From positions 1-64,000 of the forward strand of contig CBFFRP010000184.1 of assembly GCA_965644295.1 (NCBI GenBank): a stretch of 64,000 nt of DNA, given 5' to 3'. The DNA is from Paraphysomonas bandaiensis (taxonomy: Eukaryota > Protista > Chrysophyceae). Shown in pieces: positions 1 through 12,409 of this stretch (its first letter is position 1; every line of letters starts with the position of its first letter). The translations under genes were made by a program, and so were the position numbers. The notes beneath the pieces are model-generated. The model did not search any database and had not been told where the DNA came from. It worked only from the letters and a program-made list of their open reading frames with translations.

Positions 1-1555
1 CACTTTCGAGATCCGTTGTTGTGTTGAAGAGTTGTGTGTCAGTGCCTCTGCATTCTGCATGAAACACAAAGAAATGAATAGTAAAAATTTAGTTATAAAG
101 GAAATAAATTCAATTGCTAATGTATATCTATAGAATATATTTATAGATTTGGGATTGCCTGGTGAAAGTATCAAAAAATAGATGTGACGAATAACGGTTG
201 TTCCACGAAGATTTCGTTTATTGTTAATTACAACTTTTTCTTGGAAGTTCGTTGAGTATAAACAATTAAATTTCAGATTTACTTAGTACATGATAAGTCT
301 AATCTTCACACACGTTACTGATATCAAGAGACAAAAAGTATTACAACTAACTCTTGAATAGTTAAGACGAGAATATTAGGATTGAAAAGACATCAAAATG
401 GCTCATTATATATGCAAAAGATCTACTCCATATGCTTCATACAGAAAATAACATAACCAATTGATTACACCTCCTAGAGTTGGGCTACCGATACTCTAGA
501 AACTTCGACGCCCAATTCATATCAGCAGTATCGAGAGTGACTGCATTTACTTTTATAGTGCAGTGATGCAATGCTATACAGTTGCGACGAAGGATTTAAA
601 TACATATATCGTACAAAGAAGAGAGAAATTCGAGGGTCCAGTACGTCTCAAAAACGGATCGTGAGACGTTAAAATGGTTGTTTGCTTTGGGTCGTGTTAT
701 TAGGGCCTGATTTCATTGGAAAGATATTAATGTAGAATTTCAGTGTACAGATGGTGTGCGATTAGAATTTAAGCAGATGTACATTCTCAACTGATTTGGC
801 TGTCAAGTCTCCAATATCAAAGCATATGAATCTTGGTGGCAAGGCCCTCATTTAATTCATCAGACTGATATGTCTACGAGCTGCCCAATTTTCAGCATTT
901 TGGTGTGTAATTCACTTCTTTAGAACGAATCTGCTGTGAATATTCCTAAAATCATTGAAACGTATAATCGGCACCTTAAGGCATTGTATTAATCCATTGT
1001 AGCCAGATGTATCTTTTATTCGTTAAATCCCCCTCTCAAGATAAACTATCCATGTACTGTGTATGTATTCTATGCAAACAAACAGAAGGTAAAAAACACG
1101 TCATTTTCGCACATCCAGGCTTTAGATATCTAGATATCCCGTTTTTTTGTATTCAGGCATCTAGATAATACATATACGAGTAGAAGGACAGCCTCGACGT
1201 ATCTGCAGTCAGCATCTTATTTTTTCGGGAATATATTGAAGCAAATATCCTCTATAATACTGATATACAACTACGGCTGATATTCAGATAATTGTTATCT
1301 CAATAATAGAGGCATCTTTGAACAAAAATATACAAAGGATGCCGATACGCGAGCAGTGGATGCATGTGTGTGTTCTTCGTCAACTTCTTCTTCGAGTTGT
1401 TCTGAGCGGAGTACTCCAATTCTCTCTGAGCGGCCCACAGCATATTAGTGTGTGTATGTATTGTATAAGCCCTCGTGTATCCGTATGAACAAGTCATTCA
1501 TGACCATTAGCGTTATCATCTACAGTAGTGTCCAATCGAGTGTAATTTGATCCGG

Positions 1556-4460
1556 ATGGGGTGTTCCTGTAGCAGTGGGGCGCATAGCTCTAGCAAGCCC
1601 TATACAACAACTGACATTAATAAACAGACACAGTCACTTACATCTCTGGACTCATTCGATATTCCTGCCGACGTCTCTCACCTCAATGCAGAGGATTTTG
1701 TTGTGAATAGCTATGTCGCAGAGGGTGGCATGGGTGTAGTTTATTCGGCATATAGGAAACAAGACAAATCTAAAGTGGCTCTTAAGTTTTTTGGGTACAA
1801 TGAACACCATGTGAGTGTGTCAGATATATGTGGGGAGATTAAGCTTCTACAAAATGTGTCCGGAATAGAGGGTGTTGTGCAATTGTACGGTGTATTTATG
1901 GACTCTATTCACGGTTATGCCCAGTTTAAACTAGATCATAAGGTATCTGTGCTGTATTAGTCTTTGTGGCCCTTCCTTTTATGACAGTCTCTTCGTATGA
2001 ACAGGCGTATCCTGTTATATGTATGGAGTTATTAGAAGGTAATCCTTCTCACTCTGTATACTGCGAATGATACACATTAATCTTTGTAGCATACAAGTAG
2101 CTGAGCAATAGGATTCATCTGTATGTATTGTGTCAAATGTGGTGTATGACCTGAGTTTGGGGTCAGATTGATGATTTTGCCTTGTAGGAGGAGACATGTT
2201 CGAATGGATCCACTGTCGCAAACGAGTTTCGGAAAAATACCTTGGCACAATATTCAAGAGTGTGATTCTGGCTTTGCAGGGCATACACTCTCGACGATTG
2301 CTACACAGGTATGCAGAAAAGTTTTTGTTCCTGTTTGATATAAGCACAGAGACTTGAAGCCTGAGAACTTGATGCTCGTGAGCGAGAATGATGATTCTGC
2401 CGTGAAGATTATTGATTTTGGTTTGATGGTAGAGCTCCCTGAAGGCAAGCAGGTTTATACATCTGTTGATGTCATGGGAACCAGAGGTAAGGTATTTGTG
2501 TATGTATGTTACCATGTATATAGGAGCCTTTTAAATATATATGTGTTGACATCCACCTGTATACTTACTTGATTTTTTCTAACAGCATCGTGTCATTTAA
2601 CGAAATCCTGTTATCCTTTATGTTTGCTATAAAATCTAGCTATTTTTTGCAGCTAATGGTTAGTTAGACATACTTTTAGATGCAACACTTGTCGTAATTT
2701 CGTGAATAATTTGTGGCTTTACTACTATGTAGGGTATGTGGCCCCAGAGTCCATAAGCCGATCAGAGTATTCGGTAAAGAGTGATGTGTGGCAAGCAGGC
2801 TGCACTTTGTACTCACTATTAAGTGGAAAAGCGGCTTTTAGCCATCATTTGTCTCAAACAACGTCTGGAAAGTATTATCCTATGACAGGTATGTCACATG
2901 TTCCAGCATAATTGATAGTGAACTTGTACATTTGCATCTTCAAGGACGTATGACATGTCTACGATGACTTGACGTAGAGTATTTTTTAGTTTGAGAACTT
3001 AACTGGCGTATGTATTTTATTGGTCTTTATTCGGCTCGTGAGTTATAGTATTATAAGTATTTGTGCTCTCTGTAAATTTGTACCTACACGCACGCAAGCA
3101 TAGGCGTTGCCACTTGTATTATTATTCTACATGTATGATTTATACCCTGCGATGATGTCTGTGTCATTAAATTAGTGTTCTGTTGCCAGGCGTCGCCTGG
3201 AATGGTATCTCCGAGGAGGCCAAGGATCTTGTTTCCAATATGCTAAGACAAGACCCTTCGTGTAGATTCTCCACGCAGCAAGTTCTCGACCATCCTTGGA
3301 TGCGAAATCAAGTATCTGATGAAAATATGGACGACTTATACTACAGGCGAATCAAGACTCTAGCACTCCGACAAAAATTAAAAGCATTTTTCCAGAAAAA
3401 AGGTCTTTTCATTGCATGTGAAGTAAATTAGGATGTCACACTCTGTTATATCAATATTCATCGAACACAATGCAGTCTTTAGGGTTTTGAATATATATTT
3501 TCAGGCGTTTTCGAGGAAAATAAGATTTTGAAAGAAAAACTTCGTGGGGCACTTCCTTTTCTTAATCCTAAGAATAAGATAGAGACTATTCCCCACAGGT
3601 ACAGTAGATTTACTTGGTTGTATCCTTACTGTGTAAGGGTATGATTACGCAGAGAAACTATGAGTCGCATTGAGATTCACCCATCTATACAGCTGCTTCG
3701 TAAGCCTGTACGTTGCCATACGGATAGCAAGATTCTCTACGATAACAATAGTAACAGTACTACTACATGTCTTGACGAAGAAGAATTTGACGAAAAAATG
3801 TGCACACTTCGAAATGTCATGATAGAGTCTCTGTCTGGCGGAAAGTTGCATGCTGACTCTGATGGAGAGAATAAATCTATTCCCAGCTCACTCCAAGATA
3901 ATACCAGCTCTGTCGTATGCATTGGGAGTTCTGTTGCAAATGAGACCGATTCAAGTGCTGTTGGTTCCGAGCATGATTATCAAATGCTATCCAAGGAACC
4001 AACTATTATCCCTCCACCGCAAGAACGTGAAATTACCTTTCCGTCTTTCGTAGCCATTATGTTGCAGTGTGATCTTCCGGAATTGGCCACCCCTGAAGTC
4101 TTCAGAATATTTGATATCAGTAAAACAGGTACCATTCGGCTGCAAGACTTTCTACTTACTATGGTGGCGCTGCGGGAGTCAACCGCATGTCCTGAAGATA
4201 TCGACGATACGGATGCTAATATAAGGCTTTACTTCGACCTCTTCGATGTTGATGACAACGGAACAATATCAGTAAATGATTTGATGTTGGCATTGGAATG
4301 CTTGTTCAGAAGTGATAACAGCACAACTAATCAGTGTATTGCGCATGATGTTAATTCTCTATTCGAAACAATGGATATTCATCAATCTGGTCAAGTTGAC
4401 TTCAATGAATTCAAAGAGTTTTATGAGGCCGTTCTTGTTAATTCATCGGGTAGTAATTAG
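1556..4460 (+). CDS. Ca2+-regulated Ser/Thr protein kinase with C-terminal EF-hands (CDPK/CCaMK-like), multi-exon
   Basis: Starts MGCSCSS (myristoylation/palmitoylation-like). Spliced kinase motifs AEGGMGVVY, VALK, HR|DLKPEN (41-nt intron 2309-2349), DFG, GTR|GYVAPE, SDVW, HPW. Junction segment RRIKTLALRQKLKAFF. EF loops DISKTGTIRLQD, DVDDNGTISVND, DIHQSGQVDFNE. GT-AG introns e.g. 1943-2004, 2039-2187. Confidence 0.9.
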
Positions 4461-5690
4461 ACATCCTAACGTACGAATATATCATCATGGAAATATCAGT
4501 CACGTGTCTTTCATTTAATTGTGAACATAGATGCGTTTTTATCAATTGCAATTAATTGGCTGGTTTAATTATATAGCATCTGAATATGTTGTATAGCTGC
4601 TGATCATAGGTACCTGTTATCATAGAGGCTTGTTTGTGCAGTTACTATATCATTTTATTAATCATAATTGTGGTGTAAATGACGTTGTGTATCCGTTGGG
4701 GACCACTATGAGGGGAACCCTAGTGTGTGTGCAACAATGGACTTGGATGACGAGGAAGGTGATGCCATTCGTTTACATAAGGACAACCCAAAAGCGCAAG
4801 AAAGTACGCATCAAGCTGCCAATACAATATTGTTGCATGAAACATTTGAATAGCACTATCAATATATTTGTGAGAAGTAGTCTAGTAAAACTAAAATTGT
4901 TACGACTGATTGTTTCAAGCTAATGACGCCTCTAGACACTAAACACCTTGAAAAAGTTGATGCTTCTGCGTGTCAGTCGGCAACCTTGGAATGAGACTAT
5001 AGTTAAGAAAGTTATGAAAAGCCAATGATTAGGTGCTTGGTTAAGTTTTGCAATTATTATTGTTAGTTACCCCCTGTCAGTAATTAATTGATACGCCAGC
5101 CTGATATATAGAATCCAATATTTAATATTTATGATGTAGTCTAGGCTGTGTGGTTATCATTAGGACTCAGCTTAATACAAGATTGTATCTGTGAGTAATA
5201 ATGTTCAATGAAATATATCATGAACTGAATTAAAGAGAGTATATGTTGAAGATACATGATCGTCATCATAACGTCGCCATTATCAGTTACACTTCTAAGT
5301 ATTCCGTTGTGAATGATAGTTATGTTTTGTATTGTTATTCATAATTCTCACTTCACTGTGTCCATTACTCCACACTCTAATAATCACAACATTATTTTAC
5401 TATCACTAAAATCAATTCTTTATTGTTATCACTAACTTCTGCCGTAAATTTAATGCCACAGCTGTTCCTGCAGCAGGTAGAACCGTACAGAACAAGATTA
5501 TGGGATGTCATATAGCAATGAAAGGCTGAGTTATCATTACAGCCTCGAACCCATTCACTTTTATTTGCGGAATTAAACTAACCAGTCATTACAATCCAGT
5601 CATTGCTATTATTATGATTGATAGCATCAAATAAAAAATTAGTACGGTACATACTACATGCAGCTTAATATATAGAATATTCATAAGTAA

Positions 5691-6563
5691 CTAACTGTTA
5701 GGAATAGGTCGCACTGTATCAGATTTAAGTTTTCTCGCAAACGCCTCTATTCTTCGGCTTGCAATGTCCTCCAAGGCATTGTAAAACCTTTCTGTCAATA
5801 TGTCAGCATTAATATTACTATTTTGTGATGGGGTGACGCTATGTTGATGAGGTCGTGACAATGCTTCAGATGATTGCTGTGATGCATTTACTATGCTACT
5901 ATTGCGCATTTTATCCGTATCGTGATTTCTATTTACAGACGAAGGCGTATTAACAGCGGTCGATCGTGCAATAAGCGCTGCCGCACTCAGTCTGACAGGT
6001 GCTATTGCTGTACTGGAAGGCGAATGTGGCTTTACGGAGTTTTTCGGACTCTGATTGGGAGAAAGGTGCATTGGGGAGGGAGGAATCACAGAGGAATTAA
6101 TAGGATTTTTTTTACGCATGCCGTCGATAACTTGTTCCCTTGTGTCGGGTATCGTATCTGGGGACTTCCTGGCTCTAGTCCCATCTCTACTTACACTTCG
6201 AGTCGGGCTTCCGTTGCCCATATGGTCATTGTTGCATCTTTTATCCTGATAAGACATACTCAACCGTTTATTGTTCCGTATAGTAGGTGATCCGACAGTC
6301 TTCCCGTAGCTACGAACAGTTGAAGAAAAGGAGTATTGAACAGACGACGCACCAAGCGAGCGCGCCTCGCCGGGGCTGTCGGAATCGTCCGTTGGCTCGA
6401 CAAGGCCATCTTCGTCAAAATTCAACGCACTCTTTACTGGCATTGCAGATCGAATCGCATTTTTGGATCGTCTCAGGTAATCTGCAGCAATAGTGCGACC
6501 AAGGAACGACTCTTGACCATACGTGGAGTGTCTTTCATTCGAACTATTGAAACCTTCAGTCAT
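5691..6563 (-). CDS. Hypothetical Ser/Pro/Arg-rich, mostly disordered protein (290 aa)
   Basis: ATG-initiated single ORF with many SP motifs and a short C-terminal amphipathic helix (LTERFYNALEDIASRRIEAFARKL); no family recognised. Confidence 0.6.
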   Translation of the reverse strand: MTEGFNSSNERHSTYGQESFLGRTIAADYLRRSKNAIRSAMPVKSALNFDEDGLVEPTDDSDSPGEARSLGASSVQYSFSSTVRSYGKTVGSPTIRNNKRLSMSYQDKRCNNDHMGNGSPTRSVSRDGTRARKSPDTIPDTREQVIDGMRKKNPINSSVIPPSPMHLSPNQSPKNSVKPHSPSSTAIAPVRLSAAALIARSTAVNTPSSVNRNHDTDKMRNSSIVNASQQSSEALSRPHQHSVTPSQNSNINADILTERFYNALEDIASRRIEAFARKLKSDTVRPIPNS

Positions 6564-7191
6564 ATTAGTGAGGCCTCAGCAACTGAATGCCCTCCAATTC
6601 ACACGTATATCAACTGTAAATATAAAATATAGCAGGCGGCGTGTCACGACAGGGCCTCTCTCTCTATGTATATATGTATATATGTATATGGAAGCAACAG
6701 CAGAGTATCTCAAGCGGCTGAATATATCACACAGTGGTGATGTATGTGATGACGAGAGGTAGAAACAACAAGAGATGAGGTGAAATAAATTACGTTGATT
6801 GAAACATTCGTATGAGTGGGATGAATGAGAGAGTTGAGAGATGGATACACGAACACAAGATAGCAGCAGAGAGCTGACGATATGTACCTACTTACAATCG
6901 TACCTACCTACCTACATAGTGTGCATACATATAAGTACATATATGCTAATGGTGTTGGTGTTGCTGTGTGTGGGTATAACAGTTATGTATGTCTGTATGT
7001 CTGTATATGCATGTATGTGTTAAGTGTGGCGGAGTATCGCTACTCTGCTCTGGCCTTGTGTGGTTTTATTGAGAGGGAAGCAGAGAGGTGCTTGACAGCC
7101 TGTTCACTACCTCAGACCGCATCAATCGACCCAATCCTTACCCCGTCAATTAACCTCTCATAGATATTATTACAAGCATCATATCGCAGCC

Positions 7192-8852
7192 ATGAATAAG
7201 GCCAATGCCCTGTCTGCGGAGGCTTGGCCAGAGTGGAATATCAGTCCTACCTCTCCTCCTGTTGTTACTGTAGAAGGACACCACATACAAGGGGTGTTTT
7301 CAATGATCCATACGCAGCTGGAAACTCTGCGTAACCTCTGCATAGATCAAGGGAAGGCTCTTATTGAGGCGTCTCGTAAAGAGGAGCGCACTAACGAGAA
7401 GCACACTCGTGCAGTGTCAAAATTAACAGAGCGGCTCGAAAAACTTCAAGCTGAAATCAAACAAGGTGAAACAGGCCAATTGACTGAAAGGTTAAGACTT
7501 GCAGAAGAAAAAGTTGCGCAATTGGAAAAGCAATTGGAAATGCAGTCGTCATCTGGTATGAAAACTGCGATCGAAGAATGCCGCTCGTTGAGTGAGAGTC
7601 ATGATGCCAGGCTGATGGAGATTCAAAATCGACTCTCTAATGTAGATATTGAGGATCACGACAAAAAGCTTCACGATATTGAAAGTCGCATGTCATCAAT
7701 GAACTTCGAGAAGGGAGACATACACGCCCGTGTTGTCCATTTAGAAGATGTAGCGTGCTGGTATAAAACCCAAGCAGAAAAGATGAATGAAGAGTATACC
7801 GTATTATATGACAACAATGAAGTGTCTGCTCGAGAAATAAATGACCTCAAAGACAGAGTTTATACGAAGCATGAAAATGAGATTGCGCAATTGTTTGAAG
7901 AGAAAATGAATGCCTCTGACGGAGCAGCAATAACAGCTGTTCTAACTCGACGACGGTCTTCCGATCAACACGACAAACCTGCCAGTAACAATGAGCCGGA
8001 CTCAAATGCGGTACCGGACATATGCTTGCCTGGCGAAGAGGAAATCGAACGTCTGACTAACCTCGTTACAGAGTTGGACAGACGATTATTACTAGTCAGC
8101 GCAGAGTGTCGAGATGATATCGAAACCGTTAAATATAAGGCAGATAAAAAGATTGATGTTTTGCAGAAATGGATCATGAAATATGTATCTAATGCTGTGA
8201 AGGACAAAGGAGAGAATGATGACGAACAGATAGACATTGGCCGTGTTCGCTGTATAGTGTGCAACCATACATCTAAGAAGCTGGACACAGATACACCTTA
8301 TGCGAAACCTGATTTCAAAAATACTCTAGGCTATTTACATGATGGCCGGCCGCTACCGCAGGAAGAAAATGCAGTGTACCGCTCTGGGTTTCGTTTGCCC
8401 AATAAGGAGGCAAACGATCCTAAATATCGAATGTCGAATTCTCCACCTCGTGGCCAAACTGGGGGGAATGCTTCGACGCATCAATCAAAATTCGCCCGGC
8501 TACGTGCAGTTCCCCATAGCAATAGTGCGGAAGTAATAGATATTGATGAGTACCGTGTAGATCGGACTGGAGTAGTGGACGTAACGGAGGACACTATAAC
8601 CCGACCGAAGACTGGAGAAGATGCAGGAGTGAGTCGTGGTTTCTATAAAGAAATGGAAAGGTAAGGCTGTGAAGTATGTGTGGAGTGTCAACTGTTGTAC
8701 ATATCAATTTGTGTTTTATATTTCCTATATATTGGTTACGTCCATGCATTTGATATATTTACTGGAATTACAGGAGATATATACGTCCGTCGTCAGCCCC
8801 TGCGAAGAAACACTCGCATCGAGTATTGTCCCAAAAACATTCTATACACTAA
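7192..8852 (+). CDS. Coiled-coil protein with C-terminal RCxxC motif (possibly QRICH2/C16orf96 DUF4795-like, flagellum-associated)
   Basis: 490-aa ORF with long heptad stretches and GRVRCIVCNH. Probable intron 8661-8773 (GTAAGG..CAG) adds terminal exon RRYIRPSSAPAKKHSHRVLSQKHSIH, stop 8850-8852. Family call is tentative. Confidence 0.7.
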
Positions 8853-9410
8853 TGAAGCGATGTGTCCTGCCAAGTGAAGTGATGTTGGGATGAAGACATA
8901 GCAGCTAGAATAATAATTATATTGGTACATGTAAGTAGTTAATTCGCCCTGTTGAATATTGAATAAAAACGAGATACTGATCATATTGGACAATTTTGCG
9001 TATAATAATTTTAGTGTATAGGGAGATACTAATTGATAATTTAAATATGGATGTTATTGAGAAGTAGACACGGTACAGCTCTATAGAATTTCGAATTCCG
9101 GGCGTGTAGAACGCTATTTAGATTTTAAGAATTCCATTGATGTCTTAAGTTTAGGTTATAGTGTTGGAATACTTTTGTAGTTCTTAACAACTCTTGTTTT
9201 CGTGAGCTACAATACGCCAAAATTAAGTATTTAGTAGGTTATTAAAACTAGAAAATGATATACCCTGCTTACACTGGATATTATAGATTGTTTAGATTTA
9301 GAAGTATGGATACAGAGGCCGTGCGCCAATTCAAACGAATGGTCTCCGAATATAAAATACATTACAATCACTCGTAATATTGCTCTTATGTGAAATTTAC
9401 GACTGAGTAA

Positions 9411-9709
9411 CAGGGCCAGTCAACAATATATTGCAAGCAATAATAATAATAATAATAATTTCAAGACCAACAATAAATATTAAATATGTTGCAATATATT
9501 GATATATATTGGGCGCTAAGAAGAAGAAATTTTCTATATATATGATATATCAATCAAGGATATTTTCTAATAAGTCACACTAGCATGAGCAATATATATC
9601 AATATATTGCAATATACACTGCAAGGTCAAATTTTGCTAAAATAATAATAAATATATTGTATCAAGCAAATATAAATAATTGCAATTCAATGTATTTTGA
9701 CTGGCCCTG
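9411..9709. mobile_element. Non-autonomous hAT-type MITE (299 bp)
   Basis: Perfect 13-bp TIR CAGGGCCAGTCAA / TTGACTGGCCCTG; perfect 8-bp TSD CTGAGTAA (9403-9410 and 9710-9717); AT-rich interior with repeated CAATATATT motifs. Confidence 0.92.
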
Positions 9710-9821
9710 CTGAGTAATATTACAATAAAAGCTTTGAAAAGATAATTTGATTACAATTTACTATATGCAGGCATATAAAATATCTCATTTTCGAAAGTTC
9801 ACTTCTAAAAATCGTCCAGAT

Positions 9822-11762
9822 TCAAAGAGCGTCAGATGCACTGTTAAATGCACCATCTAATGACACAATCTCATGTTTCTTTGCCAGGATGTCCCTCCCG
9901 CCAAACTGATTTCCAAATTGCTGTAAGTACGTGAGCAGAACATTTGCAATCAGTACATACAACACGTCCACAGTGTACTGGAGCGCTATCGTATCGTTGT
10001 ACTCGTATATGAATAAATCTGTGAAAAGAATAAGTACGTACGTATATTGTAAAATAGCGGTTAGGTGGTATTTTGAATAGATTCCGTATTATATATACTA
10101 GACACTATTTCACGAACACTATTGTGTGAAATGTATCACAATTTCATGCAATCCAAAACTATACGCCATGACAAGTCAACCACAAAAAGAGTAGAAACAC
10201 ACTTACTTTCAATAGAAGTCATCATATAATCCAAACCGATCCATGCAACTACACCAGCTATTCCCAGTAGATTGTAGTTAATTAGTCTTAGGGGCAAAAA
10301 TATCTTGTCACCGAACTTCCAAACAACATCAACTTGGAGTCTGTCTACATCAATACCGATTTCCTTAAATCGCTTTGACAACGAGGTAGATACCCCCTCA
10401 TGAGCCTACATAAACAACATAGCAGTGTTTGAGCTATACGAAATGTACTGACAATTAAAAACAAAGTACGACATAAAGTACAACATACAATATATAAAGT
10501 CAGGAAGTATATTAACATCATATTCTACAACGTACCTCTTGGGCATCATCACTTTCGACATTAATAACACTGTACAGCTCGCCAGTAAATATAACCACCA
10601 CAAATCCCACTATACAGTAGCCAAGGCCGAAGAGAAGAAACACCCACTCAACGTGGGTGTGGATGTTTTCGTGGTCACGCCCGTCATCATCCATGCTATC
10701 GTCATCTCTATCTAGAGATGCCAAGATAAACTCAGTCGGAATCTCGCCAAACAGATCCCAAGTGGCAAACCAATACAGTACAACAGCTATAAGAGTAAAT
10801 ACCACCTTAAACTCCATTGGCACCTTGCAGAAAGTATAGGGCTTCATATTCTGAACTTCAGATTCGGATTTTTCCATTCGGGGTGAAGGTATAGGTGACG
10901 TTGATGCTGTGTCAGACGCCGAAGTTGAATTCAGCATTGAAGTTGCGGCTGCCGCTAAATTCTGATTGGAACTTGGTGAAGGGTGAGAAAAGCTGTTTCG
11001 TGGTGATGTGTTGGGCGTCGTAATGCAAAAAATTACATCTTCATCATCAAACACTCCGAATTGACCGGACAACTGCCCCAAAGACATTAATATTGCATTG
11101 GATATACTCAAGAGGCACAAGTTAACTACAATACGGGCAGGCAAGGAGTTGTGGCGAGTAGCCAGATAGTATAAAAAGATATCGCTTCCCACCCAACATG
11201 CAGAAATCAGAATCGCATTTGCGTTGTACCGAAAAAAACGAAGAATATAAAAGTGCATTTTGCACGCGTGGAATGTACAGTCGATCCCAAAACAAGTTCG
11301 GAGTTCACTATCTACAGCTCCGCACCAATAACCGTCTAACTCTGGCAGTAAATTTTTGCTATCTGGTTCTTCTGGCTCAATGCTGTCGTCATACTGGACC
11401 AAAAACTCTAACGACCGAGTGAGAATCATGAGCGCGGTGCAAGCCCAAAACAGACAGAATCCATATATCACATAAGGTGTAAATGACAAATCTATATCCA
11501 CTACATCGTAGACCGCATGCTGATAAATAACCAGAGCGATGAATGTTAATATGCCCTCGCCGACCACTCGTATCTTCTTACTGTCTGTCCATAAGTTAAT
11601 AGAGAACACAGACACGAACACGGGATTGGCTCTGTTCGATACACCTGATGCTGCAGATGTCGATGAATCCACAGTGTTGATAGTAGCCGGACTCTTAGTG
11701 TGTTCCTGTGAGCTGACGTCTGCTGTTATGAGAGGACTCAACAGCTGAGGCTTCTGAAACAT
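9822..11762 (-). CDS. Eight-TM membrane protein with internal 2x duplication (Fuseless-like), 3 exons
   Basis: Exons ~11762-10536, 10405-10207, 10018-9822 splice in frame. Hairpin motifs FIALVIYQHAVYD / IAVVLYWFATWDLF and ILISACWVGSD / IAGVVAWIGLD. Half-ends ISNAILMSLGQLSGQFG and IANVLLTYLQQFGNQFG match each other. Confidence 0.75.
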
Positions 11763-12409
11763 AGAGATCAATGCAGTGAGAGAGAGGGGAGTCGAGAGGG
11801 TCTGGTCAAGTGTTCAATGAAGAGGCACTGTTATTGATATCAATCCCATTCACTATTGCGTACAGGTGACTGTATGAGGTGTGTCGATCAGTTCTGTTTC
11901 CACGTCACTGTCCTGCAGATACATACACCTATACATATATATGTGTATGTGCACACTGCTGCACTGTGCATATCAACTGCATAAATACCTACTAAATACT
12001 GTAGTTTTCCTTCTAGAAAGAGGGATATTATGGTCCATGTGGAACTCTACCCCTATATATCCGGAAATATACATAATGAACTTACTTGGAACCTGTAGGA
12101 ATTCCTACTGTATTTGCTTGTATTATTGCGGTAGGTGTACTGGTGCAGCGGTACACATATACGCTGACCATCAACATACGGGCGTACCTCAATAACTACT
12201 GCACACGTACGGCCCAGCTCACCATGGAGTGGTATGGTATATACGACCACACTGTTCAGCACTAACAAACTATCTAGTAAAGGAGTTGCTCGTGTGCAGC
12301 TACTCCTTCTATTGGTGCTGTCTCTGCTTCCGCTGTGCTGTGGTCGTTATGATCGTATAGCTATATGCTATAAGCAGCCCTCTCTCTACATACACACACA
12401 TAGACGCAC

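Noticed and set aside
1-1500. Possible decayed TE or gene fragments, including a small ACGTCTCA..TGAGACGT hairpin near 642-669
   Set aside because: No ORF, TSD or motif that can be supported from the sequence alone.
10136-10381. Stand-alone 81-aa ORF
   Set aside because: It is exon 2 of the 8-TM gene plus intron read-through.
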